Source: an uncultured virus (IMG/VR IMGVR_UViG_3300043464_001377)
Taxonomy: Duplodnaviria > Heunggongvirae > Uroviricota > Caudoviricetes
Direction: 5' to 3' (one strand)
Length of the DNA: 64,000 nucleotides
IMG/VR virus record: IMGVR_UViG_3300043464_001377
The notes below the pieces were generated by a model, which saw only the letters and a program-made list of their open reading frames with translations, was not told the origin of the DNA and did no database searches. This document shows, in pieces, positions 45,311 through 55,689 of this stretch. Each line of letters opens with the position of its first letter. The first letter of the stretch is position 1. A program made the translations under genes and the position numbers.

Positions 45311-46639
45311 GTGCGAATCAACACCGCTCCCGCCTCGACGGCCACGTTCACGCACGAGGGTGCCCCGGCTGTGCGGATCACGCCCAGCCAGGAACTGCGT
45401 CGCACCGTCCTGACGTGCCTGCTCTGGGAGTCGACGCACTACGAGGACGGCGTCGACGTCGCGAGCCGCATCCTCTCGCTGTGCGAGAAGGTCAGGCCTG
45501 AAGAGATCGCGGCTCTTGCTGTCGAGGCCCGCTCGAAGTTCCATCTGCGTCACGCGCCGCTGCTCTTGCTCAAGGGGCTGATCAAGCACGGCTCGGGCAA
45601 ACTCGTCTCCCAGGCGATCGTCGACACGATCCAGCGAGCGGACGAACTCGCGGAACTCGTCGCCATCTACTGGGCCGACGGCAAGAAGCCGCTCTCGAAC
45701 CCGATGAAGAAGGGGCTCGCGGCGGCGCTCAAGAAGTTCAACGCCTACCAACTCGCCAAGTACAACAAGCCCGCGTCTGTCAAACTTCGCGACGTCCTGT
45801 TCCTGTGCCATGCCAAGCCAGACACGCCGGAGCAAGCAGACTTGTGGCGGTCGCTCGTCGAGGGCACGCTCGTGTCGCCCGATACATGGGAGGTCTCGCT
45901 CTCCAGCGGCGCCGACAAGAAGGCCACGTTCGAGCGGCTCATCCGCGAGCAGAAGATCGGCTACCTCGCGTTGCTCCGCAACTTGCGAAACATGGTCGAG
46001 GCTGGCGTCGAGACGTCGCTGATCAAGAACGCGATCCTGGGCAGGCTCGGCGCCGAGCGGGTGCTGCCGTTCCGGTACGTGGCGGCGGCCAAGGCGGCGC
46101 CGTCGCTGGAGCCGACTCTCGACATCGCGATGCTCGCCACGATCCACGAGATGCCCAGGCTCTCAGGCAAGACGATCGCACTGGTCGACGTCTCGGGCTC
46201 GATGAACGTGCCCCTGTCGAGCCGCGCAGACTTGACGAGACTTGACGCAGCGGCGTCGCTCGCGGCGATCCTGAACTGCGACGACCTCCGCGTATTCTCG
46301 TTCTCTGACACCATCGTCGAGGTGCCGCCTCGTCGCGGCCTGGCTGGCGTCGAGGCCGTTCAGGTCTCGCAGCCCCACGGCGGGACACGCCTGGGAGAGG
46401 CGATTCGGGCCGTCGAGCAGTTCGATCATGATCGTCTCATCGTGATTACCGACGAGCAGTCCCACGACCGTGTCGTTCGTCCCAAGGCCGACGCGGCGTA
46501 CATGGTCAACGTCGCGCCGTACCAGAACGGTGTCGGCTACAACGACGGCTGGATTCACGTCGACGGCTTCGCCGAAAACGTGATCCGTTTCATCGTCGAG
46601 TCCGAGGCTCTTGCACGAGCCGACGATCGCAGCCTATGA
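45311..46639 (+). CDS. rsr: Ro60/Rsr-like TROVE-vWA RNA-binding protein
   Basis: THEGAPA, ELRRTVLTCLLWE, RADE, YQLAKY, TWE, ALLRNLRN, LPFRY, DVSGSM (MIDAS), VITDEQ. Confidence 0.9.
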   Translation: MRINTAPASTATFTHEGAPAVRITPSQELRRTVLTCLLWESTHYEDGVDVASRILSLCEKVRPEEIAALAVEARSKFHLRHAPLLLLKGLIKHGSGKLVSQAIVDTIQRADELAELVAIYWADGKKPLSNPMKKGLAAALKKFNAYQLAKYNKPASVKLRDVLFLCHAKPDTPEQADLWRSLVEGTLVSPDTWEVSLSSGADKKATFERLIREQKIGYLALLRNLRNMVEAGVETSLIKNAILGRLGAERVLPFRYVAAAKAAPSLEPTLDIAMLATIHEMPRLSGKTIALVDVSGSMNVPLSSRADLTRLDAAASLAAILNCDDLRVFSFSDTIVEVPPRRGLAGVEAVQVSQPHGGTRLGEAIRAVEQFDHDRLIVITDEQSHDRVVRPKADAAYMVNVAPYQNGVGYNDGWIHVDGFAENVIRFIVESEALARADDRSL

Positions 46640-47140
46640 TCTCCGCGTGACGCTGGTAGTACGGATACGCTACCCGGGCCACGGAGGGACGGATCATGCG
46701 ACTGCGTCGTGTCGACGAGACTCACTACGTGACCGAGGACGGTCGCTACATCGTTCGTCAGTCTGACGTCGATGCGCTGTGGTACGTTGCTCTCGCTGGC
46801 GACGACGGTTCGCGTCGCTGCGTCTCTTCAAGTCTTCGCGAGTCCGCTGCTGCGCTCGCGAGACTTCTCGGCGAGCAGCGAGCGAGTGCATGATGAACAC
46901 GAACGACGTGCTTGAAGTTCTGACGTCTCCCAGGCGAGACCTCTATCTACGGGTCTTCGATGCCGTGATCGCTACGGCGACGGGCCCGGTCGACGTCGAG
47001 TGGCTCCTGCCTGCGGTGGTCTGGTACTGCCAGCACCACGAGGAATCGGAGGCCGTCGCCCACCTGTCCGCCCGGCTGGCCGAGCAGCCCTCCGGCCGGA
47101 AACCCTCGTTTTAGGCCGAAAAACAGGGGTTTTTGGGGGT

Positions 47141-47193
47141 TGTGTCATAGGCCAAAGAATCCGCTTGACATCATGCCGGAAATCGGCAATACT
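47141..47193 (+). promoter_or_regulatory. Repeated promoter copy 1 (TGTGTCATA box, then TTGACA-N17-AATACT)
   Basis: Same architecture at 50312, 55593, 57109, 58163 and 58806. Confidence 0.8.
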
Positions 47194-47260
47194 TGTCGCA
47201 TGACGAGTGGACGTCACCCGTCGTAAAGCCCAGTCGATTCGATTTCCAAGGAGCAGCCCA

Positions 47261-48556
47261 GTGAACAACAACGTCGTCAACAACAACTCGTGGCAGTCGT
47301 ACAAGGTCGGTGCCGTCATCCGCGTCGCGGACGGCCGGGAGTTCACGATCGAGCGGGTCGAGACCCGCGAGACCGAGAAGGGTCGCCAGACCCGTCTCTT
47401 CCATCTCGTCGGACCCAACGGTGAGCGGGTCGTCAAGACGTCCCGTGGCCTGAGCCTGTGGGCGAGCGGTGCCGAGAAGTCTGGACACGATACCGGCTCG
47501 GACGTCGTGGCCGAGGAGGCGGAACGGATCGCCGTCCGCGACCACTACGCCGAGGGCGGCAACAAGAGCCTCGCCGAGATCATCGCCGAGGCCGTTCGCG
47601 ACACCGGGCTCGTGACCGCCGAGGGCGGCACCGGCGGCGGCGTCGATATCGACGAGGTCACCAAGATCGTCGACGAGCGGATCGCGGCCCTGATCCCGCA
47701 GCGGATCGAGGTCGTGACCGTCGAGGGCGTCGCCAACGACGTGGGCGTCCAGCACGTCCAGTTCGAGGCCCTGCTCGCCGCCGTCGCCGCCCGCCGGAAC
47801 TGCTGGCTCGTCGGCCCGGCCGGGTCCGGAAAAACCTCGTCGGCGCACGCCGTCGCCGACTCGCTCGGCCTGCCGTTCTACGCCAAGAGCGTGGGACCGC
47901 AGACGTCGGAGTCGAGCCTGCTCGGCTACCACGATGCCAACGGGAAGGTCGTGCGGACGCAACTCCGCGACGCCTACGAACACGGCGGCGTGTTCCTGCT
48001 CGACGAGGTCGACGCGGCCAATCCGGCCGTGCTGGTCGTGATCAACCAGTTGCTCGCCAACGGGCACGCCTCGTTCCCCGACGCCGTCGTCGCGAAGCAT
48101 GCCGACTTCGTGCTGATCGCCGGGGCCAACACGATCGGGCAGGGTGCCGATCGGCAGTACGTGGGTCGGCAGCAGATCGACGCGGCGACGCTTGATCGGT
48201 TCGTGCTGGTCGACTGGCCCTACGATCCCCGGATCGAGGCGGCGGCCTGCGGTCTGTCCCTGGAGTTGTTCGCCGAGGCCCCGCAGGCCAAGGGGATCAA
48301 GGTGCATCCGGTGAAGACCGAGGTCGAGAAGGCCGTCGCCGAGGAGCGGGTCACGGCGTACGTGAAGAAGGTCGTCGCCGTCCGCAACGCCATTGCCTCG
48401 CTCGGCAAGGGCGTGCGGGTGATCGTCTCGCCGAGAGCGTCCATCAACGGCGTCGCCCTGCTTCGGGCGGGCTGGCCCGTCGATGCCACTCTCGATGCCT
48501 GCGTCTGGAAGGGTCTCGACAAGGACACCCGCAGCAAGATCGAGGCGAACCTCTAG
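47261..48556 (+). CDS. AAA+ ATPase (MoxR/CbbQ/CobS-like)
   Basis: GPAGSGKT, FLLDEVD, GANTIG.G, IDAATLDRF, SPRA. Confidence 0.9.
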   Translation: MNNNVVNNNSWQSYKVGAVIRVADGREFTIERVETRETEKGRQTRLFHLVGPNGERVVKTSRGLSLWASGAEKSGHDTGSDVVAEEAERIAVRDHYAEGGNKSLAEIIAEAVRDTGLVTAEGGTGGGVDIDEVTKIVDERIAALIPQRIEVVTVEGVANDVGVQHVQFEALLAAVAARRNCWLVGPAGSGKTSSAHAVADSLGLPFYAKSVGPQTSESSLLGYHDANGKVVRTQLRDAYEHGGVFLLDEVDAANPAVLVVINQLLANGHASFPDAVVAKHADFVLIAGANTIGQGADRQYVGRQQIDAATLDRFVLVDWPYDPRIEAAACGLSLELFAEAPQAKGIKVHPVKTEVEKAVAEERVTAYVKKVVAVRNAIASLGKGVRVIVSPRASINGVALLRAGWPVDATLDACVWKGLDKDTRSKIEANL

Positions 48557-48647
48557 TCGAGTTGTCTGGACACGCTCCCCGGCTGGCTATGGGCTTGCCA
48601 GCCGGGGAGCGGGGAAACACGAGCCAATGCCCAGGAGCAGCACCCCC

Positions 48648-49478
48648 GTGAAGACAATCACCAAAGACTACGAGACCGTCAGCGACTACCTCGCGGACCT
48701 CGCCCGCAGCGACAAGGGCGTGTCGCAGAACAGCCAGTCGACCGGCCGCCGCGACTTCTTCTGGACTGAGACCTACGCCGAGGCTGGCGAGTTGTTCGCG
48801 AAGGGCTGGGCCGACGGTGTCGCTCGCGTGAACAAGCACCGCGAGGGGCTCTCGGCGTTCATCGCCGCCGCCAAGACTGCCAAGTCTCGGACGTTCGGCT
48901 GGGACGTCACCGGCGACTTCATCGACGTCGGCCGCGTCCTGTCTGGCGAGCCCGAGTGCTGCGGCCAGGAGTTCGAGAGCGGCGAGACGGTGTCGACCAA
49001 GGTCGTGTCGATCCGCCTGAACCAGTGCGTGAGCGGGGCCGTGAGCGCCGACGCGATCGCGGCTCGTGGCGTGGCTGTGCTGGTGGCGGTCGACCTGCTG
49101 GAGTCGTGCGGGATTCGCTGCGAAGTCGTCTGCTCGACTGCGACGAGCGGCAGCGGCCTGCATCTCACGGCCAACGTCGTCGCCAAGCGGCCCGGCGAGA
49201 TTGTCGACCCTGACCGGCTCGCGTTCACAGTCGCGCACCCGTCGTTCTTCCGGCGGTTCGGGTTTCGCTGGATGGAGTTGTACGGGCACTGCCCGTCGAA
49301 CTGCCACCCGGCGGCGGTCGACGACTACGGCAAGCGGCAGGGCACGGTCGAGATCGACGAGATTCTGTCGGCGGTCAACCTGTCCCCGAAGAGCCTGAAA
49401 GAGAACGTGATCAAGATCGCCGAGAAGTGTGGCCTCACGTTCGACGACGAGCAGATCGCCGAGTTGGTCAAGTCCTGA
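48648..49478 (+). CDS. vWA-like ATPase partner protein, paralog 1
   Basis: GW..G, WDVTGDFIDVGRVLSGEPEC, VAHPSFFRR. Confidence 0.65.
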   Translation: MKTITKDYETVSDYLADLARSDKGVSQNSQSTGRRDFFWTETYAEAGELFAKGWADGVARVNKHREGLSAFIAAAKTAKSRTFGWDVTGDFIDVGRVLSGEPECCGQEFESGETVSTKVVSIRLNQCVSGAVSADAIAARGVAVLVAVDLLESCGIRCEVVCSTATSGSGLHLTANVVAKRPGEIVDPDRLAFTVAHPSFFRRFGFRWMELYGHCPSNCHPAAVDDYGKRQGTVEIDEILSAVNLSPKSLKENVIKIAEKCGLTFDDEQIAELVKS

Positions 49479-49496
49479 AACGCAACGGAGCCTCCC

Positions 49497-50321
49497 GTGA
49501 ATCACCAAGTCGTAACCTTCGAGACCGTCGGCGAGTTCATCGCCGCCGCCGATACCAAGAAGGGCCAGAACACCAAGGTCTCGCACACCGGCACCGATCC
49601 ATGCTTCCATGGCACGGAGACGTTCGGCGAGGCCGTCACGCTCGCCACCAAGGGCTGGCCCGAGGGCGCCGAGCGACTGACCAAACTCCGCGCCGAGTTG
49701 GAGAGCGTCGTCGACAAGGCTATCGCCGCCAGGTCGTGCAGGCTGGAGTGGGACGTCACCGGAGACTTCCTCGACGTCGGCCGCGTCCTGTCTGGCGAGC
49801 CCGAGGCCTGCGGCTCGTTCCGCGAGGGACAAGACTCGCAGCCGTCGACGCGAGTCATCAAGTTGGTCGCGAACCTGTCCGCGCTCTGCGGCGTCAAGCA
49901 GAACAGCATCTTCAGCGCCGGGGCCGCCGTCTTCGCGGCCGTCGACGTGCTGGAGACGCTCGGTCACCGCGTCGAACTGTGGCTCGGCTCCGGCTCGCAC
50001 AGTCGCATCAGAGGCGACAAGTTGACCGTGCTGGTCAAGGCCAAAGATGCCAGCCAGCCGTTCGAGCCTGATCGGATCGCGTTCTTCCTGGCCCACAACG
50101 CAAGCCTGCGTCGGTTGTTCTTTTCGGTCGAGGAAGACCTGGGCTTCTCCCCCAACTCCACCGGGACGTCCTCGCTCCTCGTCGAGGAGGGTGCGGTTGC
50201 CACGCCCGAGGTCAACCAGGCCGACACGTCGGCAGCGGCGAGGGCGGCCCGAGTCTTGCAAGTCTGCGAGTCGTGCGGCGTGTCCTTCTCGGCCGAGGAG
50301 CGGGAAGCCATTGTGTCATAG
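49497..50321 (+). CDS. vWA-like ATPase partner protein, paralog 2
   Basis: WDVTGDFLDVGRVLSGEPEAC, LAHNASLRR. Confidence 0.65.
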   Translation: MNHQVVTFETVGEFIAAADTKKGQNTKVSHTGTDPCFHGTETFGEAVTLATKGWPEGAERLTKLRAELESVVDKAIAARSCRLEWDVTGDFLDVGRVLSGEPEACGSFREGQDSQPSTRVIKLVANLSALCGVKQNSIFSAGAAVFAAVDVLETLGHRVELWLGSGSHSRIRGDKLTVLVKAKDASQPFEPDRIAFFLAHNASLRRLFFSVEEDLGFSPNSTGTSSLLVEEGAVATPEVNQADTSAAARAARVLQVCESCGVSFSAEEREAIVS

Positions 50322-50365
50322 GGCCAGACCGGCCGCTTGACTTCACTCCGGAAATCGGCAATACT
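50312..50365 (+). promoter_or_regulatory. Repeated promoter copy 2
   Basis: TGTGTCATA...TTGACT-N17-AATACT. Confidence 0.78.
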
Positions 50366-50390
50366 TGGGCATCCCCAGGAGACAGCAGAC

Positions 50391-51212
50391 ATGAGCAACA
50401 TCCGCCACGCCTTCGACTCGTACGAGGCCTTCGTTGAGGACGTCCAGCAGGTGCCGAAGGTCAAGGACACCAGCAGCCGCGACGTCGGCCGCGACTCGCA
50501 CTTCGGCACGCATACGTTCGAGCAGGCTGTCGAGTTGGCCCACGTCGGCTGGCCCGAGGGTGCGGTTCGCGTCGCCGAGATTCGGGCCAGCCTCGACAGG
50601 TACGTGGAGGCCTCGAAGGTCGCCGCCTGCCAGCAGTTTGCCTGGGACGTCACTGGCGACTTCGTGGACGTCGGCCGCGTCCTGTCTGGCGAGCCCGAGG
50701 CCTGCGGCTCGTACAACGAGTACGAGACCGGCCGGTTCGGTTCGCAGCGAGTCGTGCGGCTGTACGCCAACCTTGGCGTCAGCGCGGGCGTGAAAGCCGA
50801 GGCGATATTCGCTCGTGGTGCCGTCGTCCTGGCGGCCGTCGACGTGCTGGAGAGCCTTGGACTGCGAGTCGAACTGTGGGCAGGCAAGGCCACGTCTCGC
50901 GTGTCTGGCGGCCCCGCCCAGCACCAAGTCGAAGTGCTGGTCAAGGCCGCAAATCAGCCGGTCGACGTCGACCGTCTTGCGTTCGCCCTTTGTCACAACG
51001 CCAGCCTGCGTCGGCTGTGTTGGTCGCACCAAGAGCGGTTCGGGTTTTTGCCCAGCAAGTGTTCCCCGGCACCGCTGACGGTCGACGATGGCTGCGTGGC
51101 GACGAGCGAGGCCCGCCGCGTCGGCTCGCACACGCAGGAGGAACTCGCGGCCGAGGTCGCGAAACTCTGCGAGCAGTGCGGAGTCGTGATCCCGAGTCTT
51201 GAGTCTTGCTAA
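50391..51212 (+). CDS. vWA-like ATPase partner protein, paralog 3
   Basis: WDVTGDFVDVGRVLSGEPEAC, LCHNASLRR. Confidence 0.65.
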   Translation: MSNIRHAFDSYEAFVEDVQQVPKVKDTSSRDVGRDSHFGTHTFEQAVELAHVGWPEGAVRVAEIRASLDRYVEASKVAACQQFAWDVTGDFVDVGRVLSGEPEACGSYNEYETGRFGSQRVVRLYANLGVSAGVKAEAIFARGAVVLAAVDVLESLGLRVELWAGKATSRVSGGPAQHQVEVLVKAANQPVDVDRLAFALCHNASLRRLCWSHQERFGFLPSKCSPAPLTVDDGCVATSEARRVGSHTQEELAAEVAKLCEQCGVVIPSLESC

Positions 51213-51229
51213 GTCTGGACACACCACCC

Positions 51230-51568
51230 ATGAACACACAGAACGAACAGCGGCTCCGCGCGGAGCAGCAGGCAGCGATCGAGTTCTTCAAGAAAAGCGA
51301 GGCAGCACGCATGAGCCGACACCACGACGCAATGGCGATCCAGCAGGGGGCATGCAATCCCGTGGCCGTCACGAAGCGGCTGCACGACCATGTCCAGGCA
51401 ATGTTCCAGAGCGGTGCCGACTGGCAGTCGATCCGGAGCGACGCTGCCCTGCGATTGATCGCCCACCAACTCGCCTACCTGTTCAGCACGTCGAGCCTCG
51501 ACGGGGCAGGCGGCGACTACGATCGGTGCATCGACGAGTGCCGCGCAGCAGAAGGAGCATCCAAGTGA
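51230..51568 (+). CDS. Hypothetical protein
   Basis: ORF with coding-like composition, coupled to next gene. Confidence 0.6.
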   Translation: MNTQNEQRLRAEQQAAIEFFKKSEAARMSRHHDAMAIQQGACNPVAVTKRLHDHVQAMFQSGADWQSIRSDAALRLIAHQLAYLFSTSSLDGAGGDYDRCIDECRAAEGASK

Positions 51569-51852
51569 ACGCAACGCAATTACCACTCGGTCAGGTCGTC
51601 GCAACGGCTGGCGTCGACTCGTGGGTCAAGGAGAGTCCGGAGTCAAGAGTCCCTGGCATCGTGCAGGCCGTCATGCGGCACCGCAGCGGCGACTGGGGCG
51701 ATGTCTGCGACGAGGACAAGAAACTCAACGACGAGGCTGTCGACGGTGAGGGCCGCATCCTGTCCGCCTACACGGTCGACGGCGAGAAGGTCTGGGTGAT
51801 TACCGAGTGGGACCGCAGCGTGACCACCGTTCTGTTCCCGAGCGAGTACTGA
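51565..51852 (+). CDS. Conserved mobile-element hypothetical protein
   Basis: RH.SGDWGD...D...ND.A...GRILSAY...WVITEWDRSVTTVLFPSEY. Confidence 0.75.
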   Translation: MNATQLPLGQVVATAGVDSWVKESPESRVPGIVQAVMRHRSGDWGDVCDEDKKLNDEAVDGEGRILSAYTVDGEKVWVITEWDRSVTTVLFPSEY

Positions 51853-52234
51853 CCCATGAAGCAGACCCTCGATAAACTCCTGTACTCTCTCCTGCTCGTG
51901 CGAGCAGGGCAGGAACTCGGCACGGACTCCAGGCTCGCGAGACTTGTCCGAGACTTGATCGACACGTTGGTCAGCACGCTAGGAGGATGATTGCTATGGC
52001 CGGAAACATCGGTGACATCGTGACGTGGGGCGACGGCTCGCAGACCGGCGTCATCTCCGGATGGGACGGCCCCTACTACGCCTTCGTCGACGATCACTAC
52101 CCGTCGACGAACCGTACCCTGCGGCCGTACTCCAGCCTACGAGCCACCGAAACCCGCGAGGTTCGGCTGGAGCGAGCCCTGCGGCGACGCGCGGCGATTC
52201 GGCAGGCTGCGTCCAAGAAGCGGAGGGCTCGATC

Positions 52235-52936
52235 GTGAACGCACTGCTCTATCACGGCACGACGGACAAGCACCTCGACCGCATCCTGTCTCACGGCCTC
52301 AAGCCGCGAGGCAAACGACGCAAGGGGAACTGGGACTCGTACCCGAGCCATCCGGACTTCGTGTACCTGTCCACAGCGTACTCGCCGTACTTCGCCTGGA
52401 ACGCGACCGACGACAATAAGGGCGAGAAGGCGCTCGTCGTCGAGGTCGACTCGCGGCTGCTCGCCGAGACGCGGCTGTTTCCAGACGAGGACTTCGTCGC
52501 CCAGGTGATCTCGAAGACCGAGGGCCGCCCGCTCGACGAGGTACATCCCAAGGTCCGCGACACGATCCTGTACTACGGAGACTTGGCTCAGGCGAGCATC
52601 GAGCATCTCGGCAACGTCGCCCACCGTGGCGACGTGCCCGTCGAGGCGATCACGCGATACGCGACCATAGACTTGGGCAAGCAGATGGACTTGGCCTGGG
52701 CCTGCATGGACCCGTCGATCTCGCTGACCAACTACCGCATCTGCGGCAACAAGTATCGTTCGATCATCGCGTGGATTTTCGGCGACCGCTCCGACTTCGA
52801 CGTCGGCAGCGGCATGCCCAACGAGCAGTATCTGCCGATGATCGAGCAGTTGCAGCCCGGCTACTCGGACAGCGTGCGACGTGTCTGGCAGAACCGGGAC
52901 GGGATCGAGGTTGTTTCTCTCAGCAAAGCGATTTGA
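52235..52936 (+). CDS. ADP-ribosyltransferase-fold (Tpt1/KptA-like) protein
   Basis: LYHGT...LDRILSHGLKPR...VYLS. Confidence 0.6.
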   Translation: MNALLYHGTTDKHLDRILSHGLKPRGKRRKGNWDSYPSHPDFVYLSTAYSPYFAWNATDDNKGEKALVVEVDSRLLAETRLFPDEDFVAQVISKTEGRPLDEVHPKVRDTILYYGDLAQASIEHLGNVAHRGDVPVEAITRYATIDLGKQMDLAWACMDPSISLTNYRICGNKYRSIIAWIFGDRSDFDVGSGMPNEQYLPMIEQLQPGYSDSVRRVWQNRDGIEVVSLSKAI

Positions 52937-52966
52937 CTCACTCCCTTTATCCGTTATTGTTCGGAC

Positions 52967-53395
52967 ATGGAAACCATCCTCCTCGACAACACGAAGCACG
53001 AGATCGACCCCCGTCGCGTGACGCTGGTCTTCAACCGGACGTTCGGCCAGTCGGCCTATCCGGAGCGGACCATGATCACGCCCGAGGACTCGCTCTCACA
53101 CTTCCGCAGCCTCGACGGCATCGACCCGCTCGTGGCCCGGCTGTTCGGCGTCGTGTTCCCAGACTTCGACCGGCCCGTCACAAAGGAACATCTCGACGAG
53201 TGTGCAGTTGGGTGCCAGCATGTCGCTGGCTTGCTCGACCTGTCACTGCGAATGATCCTCGACGGCGTGAAGTTCGGCTGGAAGTTTCCCGAGACCGGCC
53301 TGCACCCGAGACATCAATCCAACCTCGCCGACGTCGTGCTGATCCTGTCGGACCCAGCCAGGCTTCGGAGACTTGCCCAGGAGACCAAGACATGA
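52967..53395 (+). CDS. Hypothetical protein
   Basis: ORF in the run of early-type genes. Confidence 0.55.
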   Translation: METILLDNTKHEIDPRRVTLVFNRTFGQSAYPERTMITPEDSLSHFRSLDGIDPLVARLFGVVFPDFDRPVTKEHLDECAVGCQHVAGLLDLSLRMILDGVKFGWKFPETGLHPRHQSNLADVVLILSDPARLRRLAQETKT

Positions 53396-53763
53396 CATCA
53401 CTCAGTCACGACCGTGTCGTCGACGTGTTCGAGGCCCACGGGCTGCGGTGCGTCATCGCGCTCGGTGGCCCCATGAGCATGAACTACAACGGCTACGTGG
53501 AGGCTCCGGCTGGCGTTCAAGCCAGCGACGGGTCGCTCGACGTCCACGGCGGCGTGACGTGGTCGGACTGGAGACTGCCATGGGAGGCCGAGTGCGGCGA
53601 CCGCTGGTGGCTGGGATTCGACACGGCTCACGCCGGTGACGCCGTGCCGGGCCTGAGCAGTCTCGGCCTGGAGTCCACGGGAGTCTTCCGCGACGTCGAC
53701 TACGTTCGAGCAGAGTGCATCAAACTGGCCTCGCAACTGGCCGAGAAAGGACAACCATCGTGA
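53392..53763 (+). CDS. Conserved phage hypothetical protein
   Basis: NGYV...VHGGVTW...WWLGFDTAHAGD...YVRAEC..LA.QL. Confidence 0.75.
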   Translation: MTSLSHDRVVDVFEAHGLRCVIALGGPMSMNYNGYVEAPAGVQASDGSLDVHGGVTWSDWRLPWEAECGDRWWLGFDTAHAGDAVPGLSSLGLESTGVFRDVDYVRAECIKLASQLAEKGQPS

Positions 53764-55287
53764 CCAAGAAGAAGTCCGTCGCCGACTCGATCAACGACAG
53801 CCTCCAGTACGTGCGTGAGTTCGCACCGGGTCTCGTCGTGGCTCGCGCGAGTCTGCTGCCGTTCAACGACACCATCATGGAGGAGCGGGCTGGGCCGCAG
53901 CCCGACGCTGGCGACTACGACCCCGACGAGGAGCCGCACTTCGCGATCGTCGTGCAAGACCCGGTCTACGAGCGATGCACAATCGAGGCCCACGTCACGG
54001 CGAAGTCCGTCGTGATCCGGACCCTGGTCGAGCAGCCCGACGACGGACGCATCGAGATCGAGGACATCTACACGACCACGCTCGCGGGGCTCTGGGAGTT
54101 TCTGCGGCAACTGCCACGGCCGCCGTCGAGTTTCTTCGGCGGCACCCACGAGCCCATCACGGAATGATGGGCACGAGACTTGTCTGGACACGCCAAATGA
54201 GGAGAAGCACTGATGTTCACCGGCAACGAAAAGAGCAGCCTGCGTGCCATCGTCGACTTGCTCGACAAGAACAGCCTCATCCCCAGGACGTTCGAGCCGC
54301 ACATCCGGGCGGCGAGGGCGAAACTTGAATCCCAGCATGACCTCACCGCGTCTGACGCGGCGGGGCTGTGCGCGGCGGCGTGGGAGTTTCTCAAGAAGGC
54401 CGACGTCGAGTCCATGCCGTGCGAACTGCGGAACGTCGTCGAGTCGGCTTGGAGAAAACTGCTTGAGGCGCAGCACGATCAGCCGGTCCTCGTCTTCAGC
54501 GACGACGGCGACGAGGACGACGGCTGGCACGTCTGCCTCAACGGCTCGATCGTCTGCGGGCCGTTCGAGACCGAGGACCGAGCCCTCTTCTTCTGGAGCA
54601 TCCGCCCATGTCCGCTGAGTTGAGCAACTACTTCCGCGCAGTCTGCGAGGCGTTCGGGTACTGCCCGACGACGGGCCAAGTCGTGTTCTCCACGAAGGGG
54701 GACGACAAGGCCTACTGCGGCTGCGGCGAGCATCATCTTGTCAGGCTCCTCAAACCAGCGACGGCCGAGGACATGGCGACACAGTTCGAGCAGGAACGAA
54801 GGAGGAACGTCTGATGGTCGCTTTTTCATATCCGCAATCAACGCTAGACTGGTGCCAGTGGGTCGTCGACTCACTGAACGACGGAGGCGTATGGATGGTC
54901 CCACGGTCTGGCGTCGCGTTTCGCGTCGACAAGTCGTCGCAGACGTTGACGCTCGTCGTCGGCGACGCTGGCGATCCGGACGTGCTTGAGACGCGGCGAG
55001 CCTTTGCCTGCATCGGCTGGGAGGTCATCTCGTGAACGACGACACCCACCACAAGACTGAACTATCGCTCCAGGCCTGGGAGAAGGTGCGAGGAGACTTG
55101 CCCGAGCCCGACGTCATGCCTCGCCCCGGCGAGACTGGCCGATGCTGCTACGTGAAGAACCTCCGAGTCGCCAAGCAAGTGCTGGCGGCGCTGAGGAAAC
55201 ATGCAGGCGATCCATACGTGGATCGAGACATCTGGATCATCGAATCATCACTGCGATCGAGACTTTCACCCCGAGGAGACGAGACCC

Positions 55288-55572
55288 ATGACTGAAAAAG
55301 TGAAAGCGACACCGGCCGACAAACGGCAACTGATCCTGACTCGCGAGGCGGCGAAGGTCATCGGCTGCTCGATGAGCAACCTCCGGTGGCTCGCTCGAAC
55401 CGGACGTCTGAGTTCGTGGCGACTGGGCCCGCGATCCCTGGCGTTCGACCTCGAAGAGTGCAAGACCTACAAGAAGACCCAGGCCGCCCTGCGGGCCCAG
55501 GCCGCCAAGGAGGGCCGCCAGGGACGAGGCAAGCCTCCGCAGGGATTCATGCCAGACAAGTTCAACGGCTGA
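55288..55572 (+). CDS. Excisionase-like HTH DNA-binding protein
   Basis: LTREAAKVIGCSMSNLRWLARTGRL. Confidence 0.75.
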   Translation: MTEKVKATPADKRQLILTREAAKVIGCSMSNLRWLARTGRLSSWRLGPRSLAFDLEECKTYKKTQAALRAQAAKEGRQGRGKPPQGFMPDKFNG

Positions 55573-55592
55573 AAAACAGGGGGTTTTTGACT

Positions 55593-55645
55593 TGTGTCAT
55601 AACCCCCATTTTTCACTTGACTTCACTCCGGATATCGGCGATACT
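55593..55645 (+). promoter_or_regulatory. Repeated promoter copy 3
   Basis: TGTGTCATA...TTGACT-N17-GATACT. Confidence 0.8.
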
Positions 55646-55689
55646 TGTCGCAGACGAGTGAACGACGTCACTGACCACAGGAGCCCGCC

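Noticed and set aside
48444..50261. Long minus-strand ORFs (also 8859-10181, 22151-23584, 23713-25242, 32326-33783)
   Set aside because: Antisense shadows of well-supported + strand genes, expected in high-GC coding DNA; no recognisable motifs.
48900..50699. Diversity-generating retroelement template/variable repeats
   Set aside because: No reverse transcriptase in the window and differences are not adenine-specific; these are paralog cores. The same applies to the 14-127/1154-1267 repeat.
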